Notes: generated from the letters alone by a model not told the origin. DNA of 64,000 bases from Candidatus Woesebacteria bacterium (GCA_044223895.1 JBGALL010000001.1:27506-91505), one strand, 5' to 3'; shown: positions 38,573-47,492, numbered from the stretch's first letter. A program made the numbers and translations.

Positions 38573-39543
38573 GATATACCGTCTTTATAATTCATTGCTG
38601 GTTTCCAATGAATTTCCTGTTCAATCTTGGCTGTATTGGCTACAAAATATGGTTGATCACCTGGTCTTTCTTTTTGGAGGGTTGTAGGGATAGAGGACCC
38701 CACAAGTTCTTCTATCATTGGACCAAACTCTTTCCAGATAGAGATGCTATTCGTTGCTCCCCCACCCATGTTATAAATCTTTCCTTTAGTAAGGTTAATT
38801 TGAGAGATAGCTGTATCATAGGCAGTAATTAAATCTTCTACCCAGAGGATGTCACGTACTTGTTTGCCTGTTCCATAGATAGTAATTGGTCGTTTGTTGA
38901 TAGCTGCAATGAGAAACCAGGCTACCCATCCCTGATCTTCTATTCCCAACTGATGAGGCCCATAGATACATGACTGACGAAATACCAAGGTAGGAATATC
39001 ATACATCCGTGCATAATCACGAACATATTGATCAGCAGCTCCCTTACTACAACCATACGGAGAATGAAAATCTAAGGGCTCTGTTTCATCTATGCCATCT
39101 GGTCGGTCCGGACACATATATCTCGTCTCGGTTTCAGCAATCTTGAGATGTTCTAGCCCTCCATATACTTTATTAGTAGAACTGTAGATAACAATTGGTG
39201 GTTTGGTACTCTTCCTAGCCGCCTCTAGTACATTGACTGTTCCCCAAGCATTTGACTGGAAGTCATTCACTGGATCAATGACCGATCCTGTAACCGCTAC
39301 TTGGCCGGCAAAATGAAAGACTATGTCAGCCTGTTGGATTGGTTGCAGATCAGCTTCTTTCCGAACATCGGCTGTAATAATTTCTACCGCTGGATAGGTT
39401 TTCTTTAGCCACTCGGCATTGAGGTCGGTTCCTTTGCGAGAGAAATTATCGAGGATAGTAACCTTTTCCTTCTTTTCCAAATAAAAGGCTGCTGTATTAA
39501 CCCCGATAAATCCCGCTCCTCCAGTAATAACGATATGTTTCAT
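38539..39543 (-). CDS. SDR sugar epimerase, CDP-paratose/tyvelose 2-epimerase-like
   Basis: Near end-to-end resemblance to Salmonella Tyv/RfbE as I recall it: ITGGAGFIG, ILDNFSRKG..NAEWL, SSTNKVYG, HSPYGCSKGAADQY, DQGWVAWF, GTGKQVRD. Confidence 0.8.
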   Translation of the reverse strand: MKHIVITGGAGFIGVNTAAFYLEKKEKVTILDNFSRKGTDLNAEWLKKTYPAVEIITADVRKEADLQPIQQADIVFHFAGQVAVTGSVIDPVNDFQSNAWGTVNVLEAARKSTKPPIVIYSSTNKVYGGLEHLKIAETETRYMCPDRPDGIDETEPLDFHSPYGCSKGAADQYVRDYARMYDIPTLVFRQSCIYGPHQLGIEDQGWVAWFLIAAINKRPITIYGTGKQVRDILWVEDLITAYDTAISQINLTKGKIYNMGGGATNSISIWKEFGPMIEELVGSSIPTTLQKERPGDQPYFVANTAKIEQEIHWKPAMNYKDGISHLYRWLKNAA

Positions 39544-40679
39544 AGATTGTTTTCTAAAATCTTTTTGTAACTATTAAACGTTTTGTCGATAGAAAATAAC
39601 TCAACAATAGTTTTTTTTGACTGAATAAAGTGCTTTTTATCTTGAACTATACGGACAATAGCCTCTGCTAATGCCTGCGTATCCTTTACCGGAACTACTA
39701 TACCCATTTTACTGAGGTGAACTACTTCACGTACACCATACAAATCACTAGTTACCACGGGCACCCCACAAAGCATAGCTTCTACCTGAACGATTCCAAA
39801 TGCTTCTGTACTATTAATTGATGGGAGAGCTAAGACATCCAGTATATGATAAAACGCCCCTATCTCCCTTTGACTAAGACTACCTAAGAATATTACTTGA
39901 TCCTTATAAGACTCGACAAGAGAAAAGATCTTCTGTTTATATGATTCTTCACCGACAGGATTCAGTGGACCGGCCATGACTATTACTACCTTTCTTTTCT
40001 TAAAGGCACTATTTAACAATGGTAAAGCTTCTAAAAGGTACTCTATTCCCTTTTCGGTTGCTAATCTTGAAGCTATTCCAATTACGACAGCACTAGTTGG
40101 TATAATCTTTTGTAATTTTTTTTGAAAGTTTTCATCCAGATGAGGAACAGGAACTGGGGGCAATATAGCTACTGTTTTATCTTTATAATTTGAAAGAAGA
40201 GGCATATGGTCACGATAATCGTTGGTATAGGTAACAATCTGATGGGATACGCCTAATGTACAACGGTGAGATAGTTCAACTATTGTTTGGATACAACGAT
40301 TCATAAACCCCGCCGGTAACTGAATTTCACAATGGTAGATTGAGATAACTCTTTTTCCTAATAATCTGCCAAGAATCGCAGGAACTATTCCTTCTAGTTG
40401 AGGTACATTAATCACAATTACTTCGTTTTCCCTTACTAACCGGAGGCAACGAAAAAACCAATCTACAGAAAAAAACCCTTTGTGTAACTGAATCAGTGGG
40501 ATAGCTCTATGAACCGAAACTTTAGCAATTTCTTCAGTAACCGGCAGGGTTGGTTGGTGACGAAGTGCCACGACTGAAACTGTATTTTCTTGGGCTAAAT
40601 TCTCTGCTAACCGCTGGGCACAAATAGTTAAACCTGAAATATACGGGGCGTAGTAGGTAATAGAAAACAAAATACGCAT
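39540..40679 (-). CDS. GT4-type (GT-B fold) glycosyltransferase
   Basis: C-terminal E-x7-E region EAFGIVQVEAMLCGVPVV. N-terminus MRILFSITYYAPYISG. Confidence 0.85.
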   Translation of the reverse strand: MRILFSITYYAPYISGLTICAQRLAENLAQENTVSVVALRHQPTLPVTEEIAKVSVHRAIPLIQLHKGFFSVDWFFRCLRLVRENEVIVINVPQLEGIVPAILGRLLGKRVISIYHCEIQLPAGFMNRCIQTIVELSHRCTLGVSHQIVTYTNDYRDHMPLLSNYKDKTVAILPPVPVPHLDENFQKKLQKIIPTSAVVIGIASRLATEKGIEYLLEALPLLNSAFKKRKVVIVMAGPLNPVGEESYKQKIFSLVESYKDQVIFLGSLSQREIGAFYHILDVLALPSINSTEAFGIVQVEAMLCGVPVVTSDLYGVREVVHLSKMGIVVPVKDTQALAEAIVRIVQDKKHFIQSKKTIVELFSIDKTFNSYKKILENNL

Positions 40680-40684
40680 GGTAA

Positions 40685-41251
40685 TTACCAGCTTTTTTCT
40701 TTCTGTATATGCTCTAACGCCCGTTGAAGATAGGGAAATTTATATGGGTAGGGATAATTTCTATCGAGGATGTTATAAATCCATAACAACTTGGTATCTG
40801 TTTTGGGTGAAACATGTTTCACAATATCTAAATTATCTTCGATAAAATAATCAAACTTTTTTTCTTTAATCGTTCTTTCCTTATACATATGGGGCTGCTC
40901 ATCGTTCTTATTAATTGTTATTGAACTAAATAAATCCTCAAGATCATTCTTTCTAAGCCAATGATAAAGGTTTTTTTGTAGAAAACTATACCTCGCAGTG
41001 ACGAGGTGGGCTTCTATCTTCTTTTCTTGAGTCAGCTGTCTTAGTAGGTCAACTCCTATGGCAGGAAAGACACTTGATTCATGGAGGACGGTCCAGATAA
41101 ATCGTTCTATCCCAGTCTGGGGAATATAAAATTTTGTTTTTCGTTCACCTAAAATCTTTCGCTTCACATAGGTGACAGGAGCTCTCCCTATTCGGAACGG
41201 GTTATATGCCAACACTCCATCAAAATCTATGCCTACCTGTACTTTTTTCAT
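40685..41251 (-). CDS. Small HAD-like phosphatase/nucleotidase-fold protein
   Basis: Motif I GIDFDGVLA, motif II LVTAR, acidic motif IV FIEDN. The start is moved to ATG 41251. Confidence 0.55.
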   Translation of the reverse strand: MKKVQVGIDFDGVLAYNPFRIGRAPVTYVKRKILGERKTKFYIPQTGIERFIWTVLHESSVFPAIGVDLLRQLTQEKKIEAHLVTARYSFLQKNLYHWLRKNDLEDLFSSITINKNDEQPHMYKERTIKEKKFDYFIEDNLDIVKHVSPKTDTKLLWIYNILDRNYPYPYKFPYLQRALEHIQKEKSW

Positions 41252-41256
41252 GTAAT

Positions 41257-42186
41257 TTAGCCTCCAATACCGTAGACCACAAAGAGAACTGCAAAGGCCC
41301 ACAAGCACACGGTAATCAATAGCGGTTTATCTTTAGTAACCACGTTTATGAGTACTTCTTTCCCTGAGTATACTAATTGAAGATATCGCATAATAGCATA
41401 TAAGACAAAAGGAACAGTTACCATTAGCCATTTCCGACCAATAACCGAAAGTACATAGTCATTGTAGCCTTTAAAAAATAATCCATTTTCTGAAACTTGT
41501 GATAAGAAGGTAAAGTAGGTATACGCCAAAAAAGCCGAACTCGCAAAAACCGCCACATAAGAGTCCAATATCTTTTCTGAGTAATGAAATTCTTCCTCTT
41601 TTTCCTTCCCCATTTTACTCGCTAAATTTTGAGCTAAGGACAGTTCACTTCTCCGTTTTCCGATAGCTAAGAGCAAAGATCCAGAAAGAACGGTTAAAAA
41701 TAACCAAACAGACATGGTTACTTGCGACGCCTGCTCCCCCGCCATTATTCGGAGAACATATCCAGATGCCAACATTAAGACATCAATAACCGGAATTCGG
41801 CGGAAGAAAAAATAAGATAGATAATGTAACAATACAAAGATAAATCCTATCAGTAAAAAAGACTGGCCAATACTAAAAGCGAGAAAAAATCCGGCTAAAC
41901 CAAATAATAATGCCGATCCCAACGCTTGATTATAAGTAAGGTCATTCTTGGCAATGGGACGATTTTTTTTGTAGGGATGTAACTTATCACTCGATGAGTC
42001 CAGCAGATCGTTAACAATATAATTTGAAGATGATAATAAACTAAATGAGATCACCCCTAATGCTACTGACATGAATCTGTCGCCATAAAAGAATTTACCA
42101 TCAAGTACTAACGGAACGAACAGACCTAGGTTTTTAATCCATTGTCTGGGACGTGCAGCAATAAGAATATGTCGAATAAGATCCAT
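41257..42186 (-). CDS. UbiA-family polyprenyl-phosphate 5-phosphoribosyltransferase-like protein (decaprenyl-phosphate phosphoribosyltransferase subfamily)
   Basis: ARPRQWIKNLGLFVPLVL, NDLLDSSSDKLHPYKKNRPIA, VIDVLMLASGYVLRIMAG, IGKRRSEL. This pattern fits the DPPR-synthase branch of UbiA as I recall it. Confidence 0.8.
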   Translation of the reverse strand: MDLIRHILIAARPRQWIKNLGLFVPLVLDGKFFYGDRFMSVALGVISFSLLSSSNYIVNDLLDSSSDKLHPYKKNRPIAKNDLTYNQALGSALLFGLAGFFLAFSIGQSFLLIGFIFVLLHYLSYFFFRRIPVIDVLMLASGYVLRIMAGEQASQVTMSVWLFLTVLSGSLLLAIGKRRSELSLAQNLASKMGKEKEEEFHYSEKILDSYVAVFASSAFLAYTYFTFLSQVSENGLFFKGYNDYVLSVIGRKWLMVTVPFVLYAIMRYLQLVYSGKEVLINVVTKDKPLLITVCLWAFAVLFVVYGIGG

Positions 42187-42223
42187 TTATTCACCCAATT
42201 CTAACACATTTACTCAAGTGACT

Positions 42224-43675
42224 TTAGAGAAAGGTTCCCAAAATAATTGGAAAACTCTTCCCTCCTGGTTTTTCTCCTCGAACAAGTTCTTTTAGTAATA
42301 GTTGTCCAGGAATATATTGATATTTTTGAAACACGAAAAAGGTATGTTTCTCTTTTAGTGCATATAATTCTGGATCAATAAACTCGATTTTTTCTCGAGA
42401 CATAATGTGGACATTGGGATTGTTTTTGAAATGTAACTCAAAGGCATATGGAAACAGACCAAAGGTTCCTTCACTAACCACCACAATTGGGTTGTCTTTG
42501 GCTTCACGTTCCAAGTAGTCGATGACTGGATCTAATCCGTATCCTGAGGTATAGGATGAGATAAATTGTTCATAATCTTCCTTGGGAATTTTTGCCTCAA
42601 AGGGAAATCTTGCAAAGGAAAAGATAGATAATAATGCCGGAAGCAGCAATATGCTCAGAGTTCCTAGATGTCGTCGTTTCAATCCTTGAAACTGGTTAGT
42701 AAATTCGGAAATTGTATATGCCAGAGGTATTAAAAAATAGGGCGTTAAAAAGACAATATATCGCGGAAAGACAACTTTTCCAACTAATGCAAATAAAACT
42801 AATGACCCACCCCACAACAACAAGAATACTTTCGCTAGGTCCTTGTGATACCGAAATAAAACAATGAGGCCGACTATTCCCATAAGAAAGATTGGAAAGG
42901 TGTAATAGGTGTTGAGCCAGATACCAAAGCTGATTATATTTTTAAAGAATATCTCAAAAGGATGATGGAAAAATTCACTTGGTGTCAGTTGAAACTGAGC
43001 ATTTTTGGCAACCATGGCTTGATAATTTCCAGAGATTCTCACCAAACTATTCATTGCTAGGCTAATCAGCACTACCGGGAGAACTAACCAAAGCTTTTTA
43101 CGAGAAAGGATGAGAAAGCCAATGGGAGTCAAAATCAAAAACAACAATGCAGGTGGCTTTACCAGAAATCCTAGTCCAAGAAATACCCCCCAACCTAAGG
43201 CATCTTTGACTGACAATGTTTTGGCGGTACGAAACATATAGTAGGTAGCCCAGACCAACATTGTGGTAAATAAAGAATCAAATAACGCCAAACGGTCGTA
43301 AACAAATGAAAACGGGGTGATGATATATAACCCAGAAGCCAGCCAGGCAACATTCTTCTCCTTAAATAACAATCGACAGATAGCAAAGATTGCCACAACT
43401 GTTCCTACGGAGGATAGGACTGAGACCAATCTCCCGGCAAACAAATACCAGTCTGGAGGGAACACCAATAGAGAGGCAGATATCAACCAGATAAAGATTG
43501 GTGGCTTGCCATCGTATAAGGATATAAATAAATCGTGATGGGTAGTAACGATATGTTGAGCCCAGTATATATAAATGGCTTCATCGGTGAAAATCGGTAA
43601 TCTCGTCAAGAATACTATGCGAGAAAGGAAGCAAATACTGCCGAGAATAAATCCTTGAATAATAGGTTTCTTCAT
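42224..43675 (-). CDS. GT-C glycosyltransferase, ArnT/PMT_2 (GT39/83-like)
   Basis: First-loop motif LPIFTDEAIYIYWA, about 11 TM segments, C-terminal soluble domain. Confidence 0.75.
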   Translation of the reverse strand: MKKPIIQGFILGSICFLSRIVFLTRLPIFTDEAIYIYWAQHIVTTHHDLFISLYDGKPPIFIWLISASLLVFPPDWYLFAGRLVSVLSSVGTVVAIFAICRLLFKEKNVAWLASGLYIITPFSFVYDRLALFDSLFTTMLVWATYYMFRTAKTLSVKDALGWGVFLGLGFLVKPPALLFLILTPIGFLILSRKKLWLVLPVVLISLAMNSLVRISGNYQAMVAKNAQFQLTPSEFFHHPFEIFFKNIISFGIWLNTYYTFPIFLMGIVGLIVLFRYHKDLAKVFLLLWGGSLVLFALVGKVVFPRYIVFLTPYFLIPLAYTISEFTNQFQGLKRRHLGTLSILLLPALLSIFSFARFPFEAKIPKEDYEQFISSYTSGYGLDPVIDYLEREAKDNPIVVVSEGTFGLFPYAFELHFKNNPNVHIMSREKIEFIDPELYALKEKHTFFVFQKYQYIPGQLLLKELVRGEKPGGKSFPIILGTFL

Positions 43676-43732
43676 ACCCTTCCATGGTATACTATCCCCT
43701 ATTAAATATATGCAACAAGAAGGAATTGTTTT

Positions 43733-45022
43733 ATGAAGATTGCGATTGTTGGCGGAGGTTTTACTGGACTCACTACAGCCTATGAACTATCCAAACAAGG
43801 TCATCAAGTAACCGTCTTTGAAAAAGAAGCCTATCTCGGAGGATTAGCTTTTGGGTTTAAGGAAAAGTCATGGGACTGGTCCTTGGAATATGCCTACCAT
43901 CATTTATTTACCAATGACGATGCAATACTCAATCTTGCAAAGGAAATAGGTTTAGAACAACAATTGATTACCAAACGTCCGATTACCGCGAGTTTGTATG
44001 ATGGAAAGGTTTATCAGTTAGATTCTGTTCGTTCTCTTCTTACCTTTCCAGGTATGCCGTTAGTCGATCGTATTCGTACAGGGATTTTCATTGCTTCTTT
44101 GAAATTTAATCCTTTTTGGAAACCACTAGAAAAAATCACTGCCAAAGAATTTGCCCTAATAGTAGGAGGAGAAGCGGGATGGAAAGCAATTTGGGAACCA
44201 TTAATGGTAGGTAAATTTAGTGGCTATGCTGATCGAATCGCGGCTTCTTGGTTATGGGCCAGAATTGTGAAACGTACGCCAAGTCTGGTGTATTTCGAAG
44301 GAGGATTTCATACATTTATTACTACCTTAGAAGAAAAGATTAAAAAACAGGGGGGCAAAGTTTTCACCAACACTTCTATTACCTCTATTACCCCTATTAC
44401 CTCTCCCCCTTCTCACGCTATCTCTATCTCTTATGGCAAGAAAAAAGAATCTTTTGATCAGGTTCTTCTGACCATTCCTACGCCTTTGGCAACAAAATTG
44501 GTACCTCAGTTGGCAGATTCATTACGAGAAGCCTTGTCGATACCGCACTTGCATGCTCAGGTCATGATTTTGGAGACCGAAGAGCCAGTACTGAAAGATA
44601 TCTATTGGTTAAACATGACTGATCGTTCTTTCCCTTTCCTGGCTGTAGTAACTCATACCAATTTTATGAGTTCAAAGCACTACAACGGGAAACATTTGAC
44701 CTACGTCGGCAACTACTTGCCAGCTGATCATCCATTTATAAAAATGACCAAAGAGGAATTATTAAGAAAATTCCTCCCCTACCTTAAGAAACTCAATCCT
44801 TCCTTTAAGACAAAAACATTTATTAGTAATTCATACCTTTTTACTGGTCCATTTGCTCAACCGGTTCATGAGAAAAACTACTCCACTCGTGCGCCAAAAC
44901 TAGAGACCACTATTCCCAACCTGTATCTCGCAAATATGGATTCAGTTTACCCTTGGGACCGAGGCACGAATTATGCTGTTGAGTTAGGCCAAACTGCAGC
45001 AAGATACATCTTGAACAAATAA
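43733..45022 (+). CDS. FAD-dependent oxidoreductase (phytoene desaturase / protoporphyrinogen oxidase-like)
   Basis: Dinucleotide fold MKIAIVGGGFTGLTTAYELSKQGHQVTVFEKEAYLGG. SD GAAGGA lies 8 nt upstream of the start. Confidence 0.8.
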   Translation: MKIAIVGGGFTGLTTAYELSKQGHQVTVFEKEAYLGGLAFGFKEKSWDWSLEYAYHHLFTNDDAILNLAKEIGLEQQLITKRPITASLYDGKVYQLDSVRSLLTFPGMPLVDRIRTGIFIASLKFNPFWKPLEKITAKEFALIVGGEAGWKAIWEPLMVGKFSGYADRIAASWLWARIVKRTPSLVYFEGGFHTFITTLEEKIKKQGGKVFTNTSITSITPITSPPSHAISISYGKKKESFDQVLLTIPTPLATKLVPQLADSLREALSIPHLHAQVMILETEEPVLKDIYWLNMTDRSFPFLAVVTHTNFMSSKHYNGKHLTYVGNYLPADHPFIKMTKEELLRKFLPYLKKLNPSFKTKTFISNSYLFTGPFAQPVHEKNYSTRAPKLETTIPNLYLANMDSVYPWDRGTNYAVELGQTAARYILNK

Positions 45023-45039
45023 TTACTATAGGGTATAAT
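45011..45039 (+). promoter_or_regulatory. Promoter with leaderless geometry for kinase 1
   Basis: TTGAAC (45011..45016), 17-nt spacer, TATAAT (45034..45039), then 6 nt to ATG 45046. Confidence 0.55.
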
Positions 45040-45045
45040 GTGGAG

Positions 45046-46218
45046 ATGACTGAAGTACTTCCAGCCAGACTAGATTCCCTTGATCAACCTGTTCAACCAG
45101 AACCTCAAGCCGAATATTTTGAGATACCTGTACCGATTGCCGATAAAATACTCCCTTTGTATGTACAATCCCGACCATTCGCAGGGGGTGGATTTGGTGA
45201 CATCTATGCTGCTTATCTTCCAGCTTTTCAACAATATTATGCCCTGAAAGCAGTCTCCGAATCCAAACTAAGAAATCGCTATCCAGATGATCATGAGTTT
45301 GAGATGAAAAAAATTTCCAGCCAAAGTGAGCTCGAGAAAGAAGCAGCTTTAGTGCAGGCAATCCCCCCTCATGAAAACATCGTAAAAGGTTACGGAACAA
45401 TACTTCATGAAAATCAAGTTTTTGCAGTCTTTGAATATCTTCATCCAGATAAATGGCAAAATCTTCGAGAAGCCCGTTCTTCGGGAAGGCCATTTTCCTT
45501 ACAAGAAACAGACACTATTCTGGAACAAGTTATAGCTGGTTCCAATCATGCACGTCTTAATATGACACCCCAACGCGATCCAACTCCTGATAATATTATG
45601 GTCACCAAACAACCGGACAAACTGGGTAAACACCACATCAAATTGATTGATTTCGGAGCGACGGACTTAGTATTCGAAACGTCTTCGATACTCAGGCCAC
45701 AAGATCAGAGAGAGCGAATAGGTGTATCAACTGGATACATAGCTCCAGAGTTATTTGATAATAGGGTGTACACACCTCAAACCATGGTGTATTCATTGGG
45801 TGTTATTGCCACAGAGATGGTCGTCGGTAAAAATGTATTTAAAGGTGAAGAGGATGAGATTTGGACCCTAGAACAAGGATTAACCCCTGTACGGATAGAT
45901 TTATTACTAGAACAACGCGGATATCCAGAAGAAGTTAGAAAAGTCTTTTCGATTGCCACGTCTGAATTAGAAAAACGATACAAAACCCCCGAAGAATTTT
46001 TGCAGGCGTTACGGGAAATTTCCTGGTACCCCATCCCTATAGTCGCTCAAGAAACGATGGTGGAGGGATTTCATGATAATGAAACGCATCAGGTAGTTTT
46101 TTCAGGGACACAGGTATTAGAGACCACCCCACAATTATCAGTGGAGTTACGTCCGACAGCTAAGCCTCAAAAAAAAGACTTCATCAATCGACTTATCGCC
46201 AGACTGCGCAAGATCTAA
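45046..46218 (+). CDS. Ser/Thr protein kinase (Hanks type), cytoplasmic, with atypical catalytic loop
   Basis: G-loop GGGFGDIY, YALKAV lysine, catalytic loop QRDPTPDNIMV (Thr where DxKxxN has Lys), DFG, GYIAPE. Confidence 0.85.
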   Translation: MTEVLPARLDSLDQPVQPEPQAEYFEIPVPIADKILPLYVQSRPFAGGGFGDIYAAYLPAFQQYYALKAVSESKLRNRYPDDHEFEMKKISSQSELEKEAALVQAIPPHENIVKGYGTILHENQVFAVFEYLHPDKWQNLREARSSGRPFSLQETDTILEQVIAGSNHARLNMTPQRDPTPDNIMVTKQPDKLGKHHIKLIDFGATDLVFETSSILRPQDQRERIGVSTGYIAPELFDNRVYTPQTMVYSLGVIATEMVVGKNVFKGEEDEIWTLEQGLTPVRIDLLLEQRGYPEEVRKVFSIATSELEKRYKTPEEFLQALREISWYPIPIVAQETMVEGFHDNETHQVVFSGTQVLETTPQLSVELRPTAKPQKKDFINRLIARLRKI

Positions 46219-46273
46219 ACTAAATTACTCTCTAGGAAATGTTTCATATTTATGGTACACTACTATAGGTTAA

Positions 46274-47488
46274 ATGAGCGCAGAAAATCCCATTATCATC
46301 CCCGATTACACCAAAATCCTTGCCCTTCCTCCCGGGGAAATCAAATCTAGCCCCAAAATCGTACCAGAGGATGAACAACACTATCCAGATTACCTCCTCC
46401 CTTCAGCCATAAAGCTGGTAAATTATCTTGAACAATCATCAAAGATCTATGAGCAACTTATACAAAAACGTGAGATTACCGCCGATGATTTAGATAGTGC
46501 AATTAGTATTTACCCCTGGGAAGAGTCAGCAACCCAGATTAACCGTTATCAGATTGGCACTCAAATAGATTCGGGCGGATTAGGAGATGTGTTTATTGCC
46601 CAGGATACCTTACTAAATCAGAAATGTTGTATTAAAAAATTAAAAGCCGATAAAGCCAATGACACTAAATACCAGAGACTTTTCCTCCGGGAAGCTCTCC
46701 TGCTGATGGTTCTCGATCATCCAAACATTGTTCACGGACAAAATGTCTTTATTCATAAAGATGAGACATATCTGGTTATGGATTATATTCCAGACCCAAG
46801 TCTTCGTAAAAGAATTTATAGTGAAGGAGTTTTATCACCGGAACAAACCTTTGATGTGATCAAAGATGCTGCCAGTGCAATTGGGTACCTCCATAGTCGA
46901 GGTATAGTCTATAGAGATTTCAAAGCAGATAATTTACTCTCTGGCAATAAAAATATGTTAATAGATTTGGGAGTTTCTAGTGCTGTATATCCACATGATA
47001 GCAATACCCTTGTAGGAACAGTCGGATATATCAGCCCCAATGATTTTATAGATGATCCTTCAAAAGACGTACTCTCAATGGGAGCTACTATTTACGGAGC
47101 CTTAACAGGTGACACTGATGGACTTTTTACCCGAACTACCTTGGTAGATTCCTTAGCAACCGTAGGCCGAAGAGAAACCTTTATTCCCACAATCGGCAGA
47201 ATGACCTTAAATTTAAAGAATAAAGGCTACAATAATGCCAAGGATTTTGGTCTAATTATTGACAGAGCTACCCATCCAGATCAATTTAGCAGATATTCTT
47301 CCATGAATGAACTGATCAGTGCCTTTGAAATTGCAATCAAAAACAAAAAAGGAAAATCTTCGACCAGGAAAATACTCTATCCTTTAGAAGCAGTACCCCA
47401 ACCTGAGAATCAACCACAAACAATTATTTTTGACTTTGGGGATATGGGATCAACTTCTGGATCTAGCGTGGCAAACACCGGGGATTAA
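46274..47488 (+). CDS. Ser/Thr protein kinase (Hanks type) with ~95-aa N-terminal extension
   Basis: GGLGDVF, CIKKLK, HPNIV, YRDFKADNLL, DLG (DFG variant), GTVGYISPN. Confidence 0.85.
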   Translation: MSAENPIIIPDYTKILALPPGEIKSSPKIVPEDEQHYPDYLLPSAIKLVNYLEQSSKIYEQLIQKREITADDLDSAISIYPWEESATQINRYQIGTQIDSGGLGDVFIAQDTLLNQKCCIKKLKADKANDTKYQRLFLREALLLMVLDHPNIVHGQNVFIHKDETYLVMDYIPDPSLRKRIYSEGVLSPEQTFDVIKDAASAIGYLHSRGIVYRDFKADNLLSGNKNMLIDLGVSSAVYPHDSNTLVGTVGYISPNDFIDDPSKDVLSMGATIYGALTGDTDGLFTRTTLVDSLATVGRRETFIPTIGRMTLNLKNKGYNNAKDFGLIIDRATHPDQFSRYSSMNELISAFEIAIKNKKGKSSTRKILYPLEAVPQPENQPQTIIFDFGDMGSTSGSSVANTGD

Positions 47489-47492
47489 AAAA

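Noticed and set aside
45023-45033. ACTATAGG(G/T)T motif upstream of three starts (27264, 45024, 46262), reminiscent of the 3' end of the T7 promoter
   Set aside because: Only 8-9 nt are shared, and its position relative to the ATG differs (30, 22 and 12 nt). No phage-type RNA polymerase is in the window. In one case it simply coincides with the -10 box. It is probably chance in AT-rich DNA.
45026-45493. 155-aa minus-strand ORF
   Set aside because: It lies entirely antisense to the well-supported kinase gene (45046-46218) and has no motif. It is most likely a frame artefact.
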